DNA of 64,000 bases from positions 83,330,001 to 83,394,000 of the forward strand of contig CM052817.1 of the NCBI GenBank assembly GCA_028534125.1, given 5' to 3'. Shown in pieces: positions 1 through 13,040 of the stretch. The position numbers and the translations under genes are program-made. The stretch's first letter is position 1. The number at the start of each line of letters is the position of its first letter. The stretch is from Lama glama. Lineage: Eukaryota. Below the pieces are notes generated by a model that worked only from the letters and a program-made list of their open reading frames with translations, did not search any database and was not told the origin of the DNA.

Positions 1-339
1 ATCCCATAAGTCATATAATGCCAAGAAGCCCTCTGAAGACAGGCCAAAGAGCCACTTTCATCTATAATTGGTGAAATTACCTCAACTGACTTCCTGAGAG
101 ATGAGATGCATCAGATTACAATAAATTCCATTTATTATTGTAAATACAAATGTCAAATCTCTTTGGAATTCTATCATGTGTACACAAAGCATGTTGGAGA
201 AAAAAGTTAAATGGTTCTGTTAACTTCAAATTTAAAATTCTAAAAAAAAAGATAATAAAATGAAATGAAATCTACATTCAGTGTATTCTTACCCTCAGTA
301 AGTCAGTTGATTATTAAAGAACTATTACTTAAAGAACCA

Positions 340-700
340 CATTATGGGCTGAACTGTTTAAGCCCTAACCTGCAGTATTTGGAGATAGAGCCTTTAAGGA
401 GGTAATTAAGGTTAAATGAGGTCATGAGGGTGGACCTAATCTGACAGGATAGGTACTCTTATTAGAAAAGGGAGGGAGACCAGAGATCTTTGTCTCTTTC
501 CACACTCAGAGAGGAAAGACCGTGTGGAAATAGTGTGAAATCAACTGGCAAGCCAGAAAGAGAGGCATCACCAGAAACCAACCCTGATGGCACCTTGATC
601 TTGGACTTCTAGCTTCCAGAACTGTGAGAAAATTAATTTCTGCCCTTTAAACCACTCAGTCTGTGGTATATTGTTATGGTAGCCCTAGCAGACTAACACA
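340..700 (+). mobile_element. MaLR solo LTR (MLT1A/B-like)
   Basis: MLT1 motifs (ttaaggttaaatgaggtcat; caccttgatcttggacttctagcttccagaactgtgaga; ending ctaacaca). Perfect 5-bp TSD AACCA at 335-339 and 701-705. Confidence 0.9.
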
Positions 701-1364
701 AACCAGAAGTCTTTTTTCTTCCAAAAACCCAAGTAATAATCATGGAGGTAGGAAGGATTCTGAGATCACTGAGACCCAGTAGTGAAAAATAATATTCATT
801 TAGGGCATCCTGAAGGATCTCCATTAAGAACACTCCTCTAGGAAATAGTCTATGTATTACCATTGAGACAAGTCAAATCAGCAGAGGTGCACACTTAGAT
901 ATCAATGCTTTGGTCCCTTTTTGTTACACCAGTTTGCACTGTAGGATATGATAAGAAATCACTGTGTGGAAATTGTTTAACAGATATACTTTCAAGAATA
1001 TGGTCTTCTACACATCATCATGATATCCTAAGGGGTAATGTTCTCTCAAGTCTAACAAAATAGTTCGTTTCACCTGAACGACTTCTATTTTACTTTTACA
1101 GTGGCTGTGACTCCTATAATGATCATGTTTCCCTCTGTACTTAAGAGTCAAACTTTAAGTCCAGCAATCATACAGATTCTCAAAGCATGTTTTCTGTGAA
1201 CCAGTTTTCCTTATGTTTTATTCTCCCCTTTTTATTTTCCTTTCATATAGATTTCCTCAAATATTTATTTTGCTTTATGCATTCTTCATGCCATCTCAAA
1301 TTCTTTGTGGAATGATGAGGGAAATAAGCACATAAATAAATATATATCATCTCATCCAAGGCTG

Positions 1365-1495
1365 TTACTTTAAGATAGGAAACCGAGATCAAGAATATTT
1401 TAGTAATTTAGTCCAGGACATGCAATCAAAGTGTGGCACAGATAAGATTAGAAATTCAGTTTCCTCTCACTTAGTCTAGTGTTCCTTTGCCTCCA
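1365..1495 (-). mobile_element. MIR SINE fragment
   Basis: Degenerate reverse complement of the MIR core (agataggaaaccgag...agtaatttagtccaggaca...gattagaaattcag). Boundaries approximate. Confidence 0.55.
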
Positions 1496-1572
1496 TAATA
1501 TTACTTCCCTAAGCAGTAAAGGAGGAAGGAAATTAATTCAAAAGGAAAAATATCCCCTTGATACATGTAGGT

Positions 1573-1740
1573 CAGTGTTTCTCAAGAAGGGCAAGATAAG
1601 CCTTAACTGTGCTGTGCCAAACTATCTCCACATTAAAGAATGTTCAGCATTCCTGGTCCCTGCCCACTAAATGCCATCAGAGCCTCCTAGTCATTGTACT
1701 AACAAAAAAATTCCCATTACACTTCCCAAAGCCCAGTGCT
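1573..1740 (-). mobile_element. MER20-like hAT-Charlie DNA transposon fragment
   Basis: Starts cagtgtttctcaa; internal aatgttcagcattcctggtccctgcccactaaatgcca resembles the MER20 reverse complement. Confidence 0.6.
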
Positions 1741-1899
1741 ACCATGTTTTTATTTGTTGCTGTTTCAAAAGAGAAACAAAAGAAGCAGAAAAGATTTCCC
1801 TGCCTGATCTAATGGAAAATTAAGTCATTATGGGAAAGTAAAGATCCGAGTGTAAAATATATGCATTTAATAGCTGACATTAAATTTCTGTTAGGAAGG

Positions 1900-2414
1900 T
1901 GTGGTAAAGTGTTTGCAAAAATGACCACAATAATTTCCCTCACTGCTCCATGCATTTGGGTTAGCTCTTCCCAGAATGACTTTGGCCTTGGCCATGTGAA
2001 TAATTTTCACCAATGAGACATTAGCAAATGTGACAAAAGTAGAGGCTTGAAAAGTCACTTACACATTATGATTCTTCGGAGCTCTGAGCCATCCAAGCAA
2101 AGAAGCTCCGGCTCGCTCCAGGATGAGAGCCTGAAAAGAGCATATTCAAGCTATTCCAGTGGCATGTCAGTCACACAAAACCAAGCTGTCTATCCATTCC
2201 TGACATGTGAATGAGGCCATTCCAGATAATTCAGCCACCACACAACCTCCATCTGACCACAGATACATGAGAGAGCCCCCAGTAGAGGTCAGCCAAGCCA
2301 GCCCAGACTTAGAACAACCCCGCTGATCCACAGAATAGTGAACTGAATTAAATGGTTGTTTTAAGCCACTCATTTTAAAGGCAATTTGTTGTGTGACAAA
2401 AACTAACCATTAAA
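1900..2414 (+). mobile_element. MaLR solo LTR (MLT1G/H-like)
   Basis: Begins tgtggt; contains gacatgtgaatgaggccatt and ggttgttttaagccact. 5-bp TSD GAAGG at 1895-1899 and 2415-2419. Confidence 0.85.
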
Positions 2415-2650
2415 GAAGGGAACTGGCTTTATTTAGGAAAATAAACGGAAAACCTGCAGGTTCAGCGACATAAATTACTTTGGTGGAAGCAGCAGCTCAA
2501 AGTCAGAGGTTATCATGAGATCATAAAGCTTTCTCTGTTCCTTCAAGAACTGCAGAAATCTTGAGAAGAAGGAAACAGAGGGAAATAAAGGTTTAAGCAA
2601 ATCTTATCTAGTTCTTAAGACACGGCCAATCTCCAGTTGACATCTTGCAG

Positions 2651-2790
2651 AGATACAGATATAGATATAGTTATAAATATGGGTATGGGTATGGGTAAGG
2701 ACATGGAACATGGACATGGACCTGGACATAGACACAGATAGAAATACAGAAACAGAATTATATAGAGATACATAAATACAGAGATAGAGA
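2651..2790. repeat. Degenerate hexamer simple repeat (ATAGAT/ATGGGT/ATGGAC/ATAGAC)
   Basis: 6-bp periodicity is directly visible; it generates the spurious ORFs 2604..2807 and 2615..2797. Confidence 0.8.
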
Positions 2791-2800
2791 TCTCCAAACA

Positions 2801-3125
2801 CAGGCATACTTCAGAGGTATTTCAGGTTCAGTTCCAGATCACCACAATAAAGCAAATATTGCAACAAAGTGAATTACACAAAACTTTTTGGTTTCCCAGC
2901 ACATAAAAAGTTATCTTTATACTATAGTCTATTAATTATGCAACAGCATTATGTCTTTAAAAAAAATGTACATACCTTAATTAAAAAAAAAACGCTGTTG
3001 GAAAAATGATGTGTTGATAGACTTGCTCAACACGGGATTGCCTCATACCTTTAAGTTGTAAAAAGTGCAATTATCTGTATTGTGAAATGCAACAAAGCAA
3101 AACACAAGAAAACAAGATATGCCTG
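2801..3125 (-). mobile_element. Internally deleted Tigger1-type (TcMar-Tigger) DNA transposon
   Basis: Terminal inverted repeats caggcata...tatgcctg followed by TA at 3126-3127. Both ends resemble Tigger1 termini, joined near 2990 with no transposase. Confidence 0.85.
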
Positions 3126-3871
3126 TAATTTGCTAGTTATCAACATCAAATATTATTAAAAACCTCATATACATTGTCTGTAAATAAGGCAACTCTTAAC
3201 AAATTTATTAGTCAAAATGAGTTTTTGTAATTCTCTTATAAAGACTAATTTATTGAGATTAATCTTTATGCCTACTTGAATGAGGCTTGTGTTGCTACTT
3301 TAAGAACTCACCTTCAAATAAACACATGATCCATGTTTGTGGGACTAGTTCCTCATGTGATTATTAGCACAATACTTACCTATTTGGACATATCTCTGAT
3401 GTCTTCACTTCTTTTGTTAGTCTCCAGGACTTTGCTGATAAATTGCTCAGTCAGCATTCTGTTCATTCCTCCTTTATCTCCCTGACTTTGACTAGCATCT
3501 TACCCCGAGCTCACCATTATACAGAGCCCCTCTGCTATTATGCGTCTGAACTGCTCTCCTGGGCAGCTCTACTGAGAAACAAGACAGATCCTGATCATTT
3601 ATTCCTGGATCATCTTTACAGCACTAGAATAAATACTAGTCCTTAACACAACCTCCAACACTCAGTATGTAATTAATATGTATCAACGAACTTCAAATAC
3701 ATACTACTTCTTATTTAAAGGGAGTAATAATATCATCAACCATATTTAAATATCTAAATTATTAGAACAGGCAATATGTGAACATGTTATACTACTATCT
3801 AAGCAAGAAGCCAAGTTTAGTTTTATCTATGCTACATTCATAAATGCTGACTGTTACATACACATATAGGT

Positions 3872-4200
3872 TGTGGCAGTCGGTATTTTCCAAAGATGGC
3901 TGCAAAATATCTCCTGTCTTAGAATTTTTTAGAACCTTGCCATGCCCCATCACAACGTGGGGTCTAATTCCCTCACCCTTGAATCTGGGAGGGCTAATGT
4001 CTTCCCTGCAACCACCAAAATGTGGTAGAAGTGATGCTACATAACTTCTAAAGTGAGGTCAATAAGTGCAACTTCCATCTTGCTTGCTAGACAGTTACAT
4101 CAAAGCACTGAGACATCATAAAAACAATCCAACTGCCCTGAGGCTACCATGCTGTAAGGAAGCCCAAACCAGCTTATGCAAAGAAACTACATAGAAAATA
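3872..4200 (+). mobile_element. MaLR LTR, 5' part (MLT1H-like)
   Basis: tgtggcag...aaagatggc; ccccttgaatctggg-like; gtggtagaagtgatgcta; gccctgaggctaccatgctgtaaggaagccc. 3' end not found. Confidence 0.75.
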
Positions 4201-6098
4201 TTCCTGGAACTGATTCAAAGAAACTCACTGTCCAGGGAATGACGACACTATTGACCCTAGCATGACACTAGCATGCTTTCAACTAGAATCTGCATTGACA
4301 GAAATAAGATCTAATTCCCAGGAGAGGGAAACATCAAAGTTAGGTGGATTCAAACACTGAAGTCTGTCCTCAACTGAAGGGCAAATATGCCACTGAGACA
4401 AATGAGCAATCATACGGACCAAGTAGTATACAACAGCTCACTCTATTCAGGTAAAATTCTAGGATTTGGGCAGCAGGAATAATTCCAGACTCTACCTATC
4501 AGAGATGATACCTCTTATAGTAAAGTTTCTATACTCTAGTCCCAGATTGCTTTAGACATTGAGTAGTGTTGGGCTTTTAAGCTGAAAGTCTTCAGATGCT
4601 GTGGATGATTAGAAATAGTAAGGGCGTGAATGGCAGTCAAAGAGCATGGGGTAGAAGGAAAAGCAGAATATGGTGACATAGGTCAAGAGCAGCTGAACCT
4701 CTCTGGATTTAATCACGTCCAAAGGAGCTGCCCACAGTTCAACTGAAGACCATTATGGGGGAAAGAGCATGTAAAATATAAACAGAGATATAAGAACAAT
4801 GTGGCAAGAGCCCAAGTGGAAAAGCAGAGGTACACTTAAAACTAATGAGGAATGAGGTTAGTCAAGTATTATAGGAAAGAGGAGTGAGTATTATAAGAAT
4901 GAGTGACCAAGAATTTTTATAGAAATTAGTGCATTGTACCCAAACCTCTGAATGTCAACTGCAGAGTCTAGATTTTATCCAACAATCAGGGAGTTAGGGG
5001 AGCCTCCTAGATCCCCAGGAGGGGAAAATCTGAGCGGGGAACATTCTAGGCCCCTTTCCTCCAACTCCAACTTCAATTACTATAATTTCAACTATTTTAC
5101 AATTGCTCTTCTAAATAATCTTTCATTTGAAAGATATCTTTTTTAACGCTTTCAAATTTACTATAATAGACAAAGATTTTAACTGTACATCACTGATGAG
5201 GAAAGCAATGTTTGAGGATTATTCCTCAGTGTTACTCAGGGTGTAGATAAGAAAGTAAATATAAGCAATAAATTGAAATGGAGAACACAAGAAAACAAAT
5301 GGCAAAGGAAAAGAGAGAAAACACTTTATAAAATAAAGAACAGCCTGATTAAAGAAAGTAAGGTAATGAGAGTCCCAACTCCTGCTTCCTTTGCTACCAC
5401 CTGTGATCTTCGACCTTCCCAGGCTTTTTGGTGTCTATTGGTCATTTAATTCAGTCCTTGATTCTCCTCTGCTCTCTTTCTGTGCCTTCCATGCAACCCT
5501 TTGATTCCTCAGGTCTCAGCACCCATCCAAGATCACAGTGCTGCTTTTGACTGGCATCATAATTCTGTGTTCTCCTCACTTGGCTCTACATTACACATTT
5601 AGGTCTCGCCTGTCCAAAGTAATAAGTTCTTCTAAAAATATTTTATTTTTGGTGCTTAGCTTTTTCAAAGTTCCTACAGACATTACCTCATCCATTTCTC
5701 CTGAAAATAGGTTCCCCGATGACAGAGTAGCCCCAAAAGCTATTTGTGCAGATTTGGGTGTATATGTGTGCCGGGGACCTCAAAAGTATCAATCTTGTCT
5801 ATTTGAGATGAAAAATGAATGTTCTCAGCTATCAATAAATACCAAAAGTTCTCTCATTTAAAGACAGAAAAAAGTTGAACCACAAGCATAAAGAAAACAC
5901 AAACAAACAAACAAAAAACAGTCCCCCAAAGAAAGAAAACATAAGAAATGGCATGTTACCATGTTTCTTTAAATTCCGAATTTTTACTTTCTCTAAAACT
6001 TACAGAGTTTTAGCTCTGGGGGCATTACTGTATGTATTCTTATGTACTCCTAGAAAATAAACATAAAATCAACCTGCTCTTACTCAAAAGTCTGCAAT

Positions 6099-6101
<3 letters not shown>

Positions 6102-6133
<32 letters not shown>
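6102..6133. repeat. (CA)16 microsatellite
   Basis: Perfect dinucleotide run. Confidence 0.95.
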
Positions 6134-6137
<4 letters not shown>

Positions 6138-8639
6138 TCCCTTCTCTGCACACCACACACCAGTTCCTTTAATCTACTTCTATGTAATGAGTAAAGCAGA
6201 CATGCTGGAGAGGAGACTCTATGCAATTGGAACTGCCTGGTTACAACCCAACATAAGAAAGTGAAAACAGCAGAGATAAAACGGAATTTCCAAGTGCCTC
6301 TCCTTTTCCCACACTCCTTACTCCAGTGTTAGCATTGTCTCAGCTTGAGTTTTAGCCACTGCAACTTTAGGATCCTAGAAATGTCTAAACTCATAACATG
6401 GGAAAGCATTAACATTTTATTAACTTAGTAGAAGATTCCAGCCTAAACAGATTTTTTTAATCTCTGTTGAACATATGTTTAAAAGATTATGGGAAAAAAT
6501 TTTTTAACTTGAGCCTTTAGTTCCAATAAAGAATGACTCACTTGTGTATTTTCATAAGGCATAAAGATTATTTCACTTCAACTACATTTGGGCTCTAAAC
6601 TTTTGTTATGTACCTGCCCTTAAGTAGGTACATGTAAGTAATTAATGCAGCAACCCAAAGTAAAAACATGATGGTAATAATAAAACGAGGTAGAAAATGA
6701 AAATATTATACAGGAAAAGCAAAGAGGTCCACTGTCTTATCTTGAGACCAAAGTAAGACTAAAAGACCTTCCAAAGGCATTTGATGGGAGTTGAGCATCC
6801 AAAAAGACTGTGGCTCCTGTGAGGAGCGGGGTCCTGCTGCCACTTAAATACAGAAGCCCCTGGTAACAGGCCATGCATGGCTCCTGGCCCTTTTCTCCAA
6901 ACATAAGCTTTTGCTTTCTTTGTTAACAGTCCTTTATCCCTGACAAAACAAAAACTATGTACTAATTAGTGTGGCTTATGGAAAACTTATCTCTTAATGC
7001 ATAAAAAAAGAATTGCCCCATTCTGAAGAGTGAATCTTCTCAAAAAGCCCCAAGCCATGGATGGGTTTAACAGCAGGTCAGTTTTGGAAAACCTCTTTCA
7101 AAACAAACTACAGCAAGGACCATGACAGTAACGCAACAGCAACCTTAATACACTCTCCACTCTTCTCTTCCTTACCCAAAGAACACCTGGTACAGGTCCA
7201 TCTGGCAAACACATAGACCCTAGGAATTGCTCTGACTATGTAACTGCATTCCTACTTAAATGTCTTCAAATTGTCATGGCTAAACATAAGTATAGGAGCT
7301 TTGCACAACAGGTGATCATTTTGACCAATGTAATAACATAAACCTAAAATCTTTACACCTAACCATAACAATTATCATGTTTTATTTAAGCCAGTTCAAA
7401 GGTTAGGAAAGAAGTCAGTGAGGAAAATTTCCTTTCTTTTTAAAAACATCCTGTTATGGTATTCTATTTGATATCAAAAGTCCCCAAACAGTGTCCTCAC
7501 ATATCTGTAAATTAAAAGAAAATGTAAATTACAGTGCCCATAAAATGAGGAGAAACAGTGAAAGCTGTTGAAATATCTTAGCACTGAGAATGAATCTCTT
7601 CCCAGAAATCAATTCTGGGATGCATAAGGGGCATCAGGCTATCGTAGCTCTTATGTCTGTTGTATCTCTAACTGAAGCAGGGCTTTACAGCCTCTTATCA
7701 AGGTTTTCAGTTTAACTCATCATCATCCAGAGACCTTGAATCATATGACTAGCTACCTGCTCTCCACAGTTCCTTCCCTTAAATATGAAAACTAGGATGG
7801 TAGGTATAATTAGTCATTCCAGGTTGGTAGGATATGCCAGGCAGATGTTTGCAAACATTATTCAAACAGCCCAGAATCAAACCATCCAAAAAAATTAATG
7901 GAAGAAAGGTCCATTTCTATTAACCTTAAAAATATGCATAAAAATGTTCATGGCACATGCTAAGTTTTAGGGGCTCTTAAGGCTTCCTCTCTTCAATTCC
8001 AAAAGTCAGGGGAAAATGGACTCTTTCAAGGACATGAAGTTAAGGATGGAGCTTTTAGGCAGAGGAGTAAAGTGATAATAAATAGAACTGATCTGGGAGA
8101 AAATGTGTCTCCTCTTTGAACTCTTACCTCTTTTCTAAAGTTCTCTCTTGGCTCACTTTATCACAGGCAGTTGGTATTGTGAAAGGAGCCAAGGAAGACT
8201 CCCACTTAGAGAGAGGCCCTTGCATGGCTAACCAGAACAGAACAGGGCCTGGGGCAAAAAGAATCTAACAGCCTAATCACTGCTACCCTAGTCCAGGCTT
8301 TACACTAGTAAGTCAGAAGACATCCTGAGACTCTCTCACAGCCCAGCCCAGTTCACAAAAGACATTTGGCAGTGATTTGGGCCCATATCCCTCTTTTGTA
8401 ACAAAATAATTATTGTTCTAGAATGTCCTTTAACAGATACAGCTGTAATTACAGATGCAGTTGGAGATATAGCTATATCTTTAAAAGCTCCCTTTTTGTT
8501 TGTTTGTTTGTTTGATTTAGAGACACTCTCTTTCACCTCTACAAAACATTCTGATTAGTGTTCACCACTACTATACCCTCTCCAGAAAGTCGGAAAACTT
8601 CTGTTCTCACCTATTAAGTCATATACATACCAAAGCCTA

Positions 8640-9149
8640 CTCTGTTTATTCTCTAACCCATTTATACCTTATACAATGAATTTCATTAAATATAGTCTAA
8701 GCTGAGTAAAAATTAGTGCAAAAAGAGAGGAAGTTGTTTCAGTAAAAATTAGGTCAGATGACTTGAAAAGTCTAAACTAAATCATTTTAAAACACTATTG
8801 AATTAAACTGGTACAAAAACAACCATGAAATATTGATGGAAAAATCATAAAAATCTTGGAAATCCTGTACTCAGATTGCTTCACAGTATATAAACTGGTG
8901 CTCTGCATTAAGAAAACAAAACTGCAAATTCTAGGTCACGTTTTATTGGTATTCCCTATGCATGAAAGATAAAATGGAATTCTAACCAGAAGATTCATAC
9001 TCAAAGAAAAGGCTTTGTCCCTACATAAAAGATTGGCAGATAAAATAACATTAAGTTTAAATAGATGTGCATTATTTTTAAGATTTTATCATTTTCTACT
9101 TGGAATTTCATTTTTATTAACAAATTATTTCATAGATAAGGTTTTACTG
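8640..9149 (+). mobile_element. Ancient Tigger15-like element with decayed N-terminal transposase sequence
   Basis: agtgcaaaaagag...aaaaatcataaaaatcttgga...tactcagattgcttcaca...catactcaaagaaaaggctttgtccctacataaaagattgg matches my recall of Tigger15a; ends ...ttactg|TA. Left boundary uncertain. Confidence 0.65.
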
Positions 9150-9258
9150 TATCTCTAAATCTATGCATCTATATACATATTATAGCTATATCTCTGAGAC
9201 CTAACTGACGTAAGGATAGCACAGTAAACATCCATAACAAGATTTCCCTTTAACCACG

Positions 9259-9676
9259 TGTAGCAGACATGAAGATGTGTTGCTCAGATCCCTCTTCAAA
9301 AAAGTGCTCTAAGTTCAGGGGGAAAAGAAAAGTTGTTAGCTGACAGCCTTCAGCAGATAGCTCTTCAGGGTCTGTCTCAGCTTTAGAACCAAGGTCAATA
9401 CTTCTCAAGGTGACCCTCAACTAATGACTGATAAAGAGTGTGGTACAAGAGCCTAAGCATTTTGGTCTAATGCAGAATTACTCCAAATGATGACTTTTGT
9501 AATAGAGCTCCCCAATGGGCTGGCAGAAACTTAACAGGTCCATAATACATTCCAATGACTCATCCTGCCCAATCCTGCTTCCTTCCTTTTCCTTTCACAG
9601 ATGTTAAATCCAAATAAGCCTTTTGCACTCCTAAATATATCATGAAGTATGCTTCCTGGAAAACCAAACCAGCACA
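9259..9676 (+). mobile_element. ERVL solo LTR (LTR16C-like)
   Basis: Starts tgtagcaga...ctcagatccctcttcaa; contains ctgcccaatcctgcttccttcc...tttcacagatgtt; ends gcttcctggaaaaccaaaccagcaca. Confidence 0.8.
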
Positions 9677-11136
9677 CTATACAATGACACAACTAACACA
9701 GAGTATTTCACACATACACACAGTGGCTTAATCTGTGCCAGGTGTTTTCAACATTTATGAACCCATCACTGGAAAAAGTCACTTAAGTGACAATGAGTTC
9801 ATGACAATAAAGAAACAATGTGAGAAGGAATGACTTTCCACAAAAGCAGAGTTAAGGTCTAGCAAATATGCCTTGGATGCCTACTTCAATGGACTGCCAG
9901 GGGTCCAGAGCTAATATTCAAATTGTATTGAATACTGTGTACCATGACCCACCAGAAGATTTATAGGAAACAAGCCAGATTTTCTACCCAAGTGCAAAGT
10001 ATCAGTTTCACATATTTCATGAGAGTGACCTTCAACAATTTCTCCCAAGTTGAGGTAGGACAGTTATAGCAGGACTGGCTGAGATCCTGATCAATACTTA
10101 ACAACATAAGTTTGGCCAAACTGTGCCAGCCAATCTGATATACCTTTAAGCTCCTGTGTGATATAAATGGTGTCTGGTAGCTGCTCAATAGTACTTTTCT
10201 CCTTTTCCCTGTCAATTCTGGATATTAATGATTCAATATAAGTTTAAATCTGTGCATCACGACCCCAGAACAGAAAGAAATGAGACTCAACCATGGGAAA
10301 GAGGGTGCTTCAGCTTTGCCAAGGATTAACTCAGACGTGGTTATTGAGAGGAAAAGACAGTATACACATTCTGATTTACTTTCCTCTTTCTCCTGGGCCT
10401 CTTCACACCTTGGCCAGGAAAAAGCCAAAAAGCAAAACTCAGCAATTTATGTAGCACTATGGAATTGACTGAAGGCAGGCATGATATATTAGTATAGCAT
10501 AGGGCCTCCAGATTGAAGGAGAATCTGGCTTCTCCTATACAAAGAATAGCTTGGATTGCCAAAGAAATTAAATTTGAGGCTTAAAGAATGTACATGTAAA
10601 ATATCCATCAATGATACTAAACTCCTTAAGTGGTAAATCTCCTAGTCTGTGAGGCTTGGGTGCATGCATTATACCCAAGAGATATCTTTTGGAACTAGAT
10701 AATCAGTTATTTCCAACCAAACTTCTTTACCTCAAAACCTCATACTGAGATTAAAATTTAAAACAAAAATTGAGACAAGGACTTCCTACCGTTACAGTAA
10801 TCACTAAAAAAGGAGATATTCAAGAAATTGGATAAGGGTGTTTCACGATTTATGATTTCACTTGTTAACTGTATGACATTTTTAAAGTCCTAAAACAAAT
10901 GGTCCTCTGTACATAATTTGAGTCCGTCATTGTAAAATCTATTTAAAAGAAACTAAAATCAGGTAGAACCTATATTTATATCAAAGCAAGAACAATAATT
11001 TGGGGGAGTATCTGAGACTCTGTCAGAATAATTAATAACAAAGTCCCTCCAACTTCTGGTCACTGTCTGATTCTAAAGTCATATCCAGATTCTTAGATGT
11101 TTGTTATAATAGTACCCCAAATCCAGTACCAAAACC

Positions 11137-11698
11137 TATATTCGTCATCTATGGCTGTGTAACAAACTACCCCTTACTTAGTAGCTTAAACAACCAACAT
11201 TTATGATCTCATCATCTTTATGAATCAGTTATTCAGGAGCAGCTTAGCTGGGGGGATCTGCCCCAGTGCCTCTCATGAGGTTGTACTTCAGATGTTGGCT
11301 GAGGATGTAGTAATCTGAAGCTCAGACTGGGCTGGGGGATCCACTTCCAAAATAGCTCATTCACATGAGTCTTAGCAAGAGACTTCAGTTCTTTACTAGT
11401 TCTCAGAAAGAGGTCCCAGTTCCTCCCTACAAGGGCTGCCCCATACAGTTTCTTGAGTGTCTTCACAATGTGGCAGCCCACTGGCTTTCCCCCGAGGGAG
11501 TAATCCAGAAAAAGAGAACCAAGGAGGGAGACTTTTAGTCTTGAAAGTTACACACCATCAATTCTATTTTAGCTACTCATTAAAAGTGAATCACTAAGGA
11601 CAGCCTATTCTTTCTTTGAGGGGTGGTGAGGAATTAAGCTTTATCTCTTGAAGGCAGGCATATCAAGTACCTTGTGAACATACTTTAAAACCACTCCA
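11137..11698 (-). mobile_element. MaLR solo LTR (MLT1F-like)
   Basis: Reverse-strand MLT1 motifs: ggctgtgtaacaaactacccc, caggagcagcttagctgg, ggatccacttccaaaatagctcattcacatg, tttaaaaccac. Confidence 0.85.
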
Positions 11699-11849
11699 GG
11701 GGTGTATTAGGCTTAGAACAGCAACTTACTAATCATTCTTTAGTGGTTTCATCCCTTTCTTGACCAAGAAGTCAGTACCAGATATCAAGATAACCAGAAA
11801 ATAAAGACAGGGCTCTCCCAGACCATCTCCAAGTTCAACATATCCTTAC

Positions 11850-13040
11850 TCAAAAACATAATTAAGATATTACTACACCCCAATTTAGAATGGCTAAATT
11901 TTTTAATGAAATATTGAAAATACCAAGTGTTTGAAAGGATGCAGAGCAATGGTAATTCCCATGTATTGCTGGTATGAATGCAAAATAGCATAGCCACTAA
12001 TGAAAATAGTCTGGCAGTTTCTTATAAAGTTAAACATGCCTTTACCATATGACCCAGCAATGCTACTTCTAGATAGTGAAATGAAAATTTATGTCCACAT
12101 GAAAACTTGTATTTAGGTTATATTAGTCAGGGTTCTCCAGAGAAACAGAACCAACAGAATGTGTATACATATATAGGAAGAGATTTATTACAAAGAATTG
12201 GTGCACAAGATTATAGAAGCTAGCAAGGTCCAAAACCTGCAGTGTGGGCCAGCAGGTTAGAGACCCAGGAGAGTTGACAGTCTAGTTGGAGTCCAAAGGT
12301 CATCCGATTTAGAACCAGGAAAAAGCCAATGCTGCAGATGAACTCCAAAGGCAATCTGCTGGAGAATTCTTTCTTGTGGGGAACAAGAATGAAGGCCAGT
12401 CTTTTTGTTCTAATCAAATCTTCAAGTGTTTGGATGAGGCCCATGCATATTAAGGAGAGTAATCTGCTTTACTCAAAGTCCACCGATTATAAATGTTAAT
12501 TTCATCCAAAATAACCCTCACAGAAATACTCAGAATAATGGTTGACCAAATATGTGGGTACTCTGTTGCCCAGTCAAGTTGACACCTAAAATTAATCACC
12601 ATGTGGGTATTTACAGCAGCTTTATTTATAATCTCCAAAATCTAGAAACAATCCAAATATCCTTCAACTGGTGAATAAATAAACTGTGATATATCTATAC
12701 AATGGGATACCATTCACCAATATGAATGGATTAATTACTGATACACACAACAACATGAATGAGTCTCAAACACATTATGCTAAGTGAAAGAAGCTAACTC
12801 AAAAATCTGTATACTATGTGATTGAATTTATATGACTTTCTGGAAAAAACAAACATAAAAATCAGGGGAAGAGTTAACTACAAAGGGGAATAGAAAAATT
12901 TTAGGAGGTACTGGAACAGTTCTGTATCTTGATGACAGTGGTGTTACATGATTATATGTGTTTGTCAAAACTCACAGAGCTATGTACTAACTAAAATTTA
13001 CATTCATAATTTACTGAATGTAAATTGTACCTAAAATATA
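11850..13040 (+). mobile_element. Old L1 (L1MC/ME-type) 3' end interrupted by an MLT2 LTR
   Basis: ORF2 C-terminal and 3'UTR motifs (ctggcagtttcttataaagttaaacat, ccatatgacccagcaa, attatgctaagtgaaagaagc, gttctgtatcttgat) resume colinearly after 12604. Confidence 0.85.
12119..12603 (-). mobile_element. ERVL MLT2-family solo LTR nested in L1
   Basis: tattagtcagggttctccagagaaacagaacca ... cccagtcaagttgacacctaaaattaa. Near-perfect TSD TAGGT/TGGGT. Confidence 0.88.

Noticed and set aside
6004..6049. Possible 46-bp minus-strand exon (ttttctag|...|gtaagt)
   Set aside because: Splice signals are plausible but the peptides are unrecognisable and there are no partner exons; expected by chance in 64 kb.
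9778..9791. 14-bp perfect palindrome GTCACTTAAGTGAC (another near 48139)
   Set aside because: A few such palindromes are expected by chance in 64 kb.
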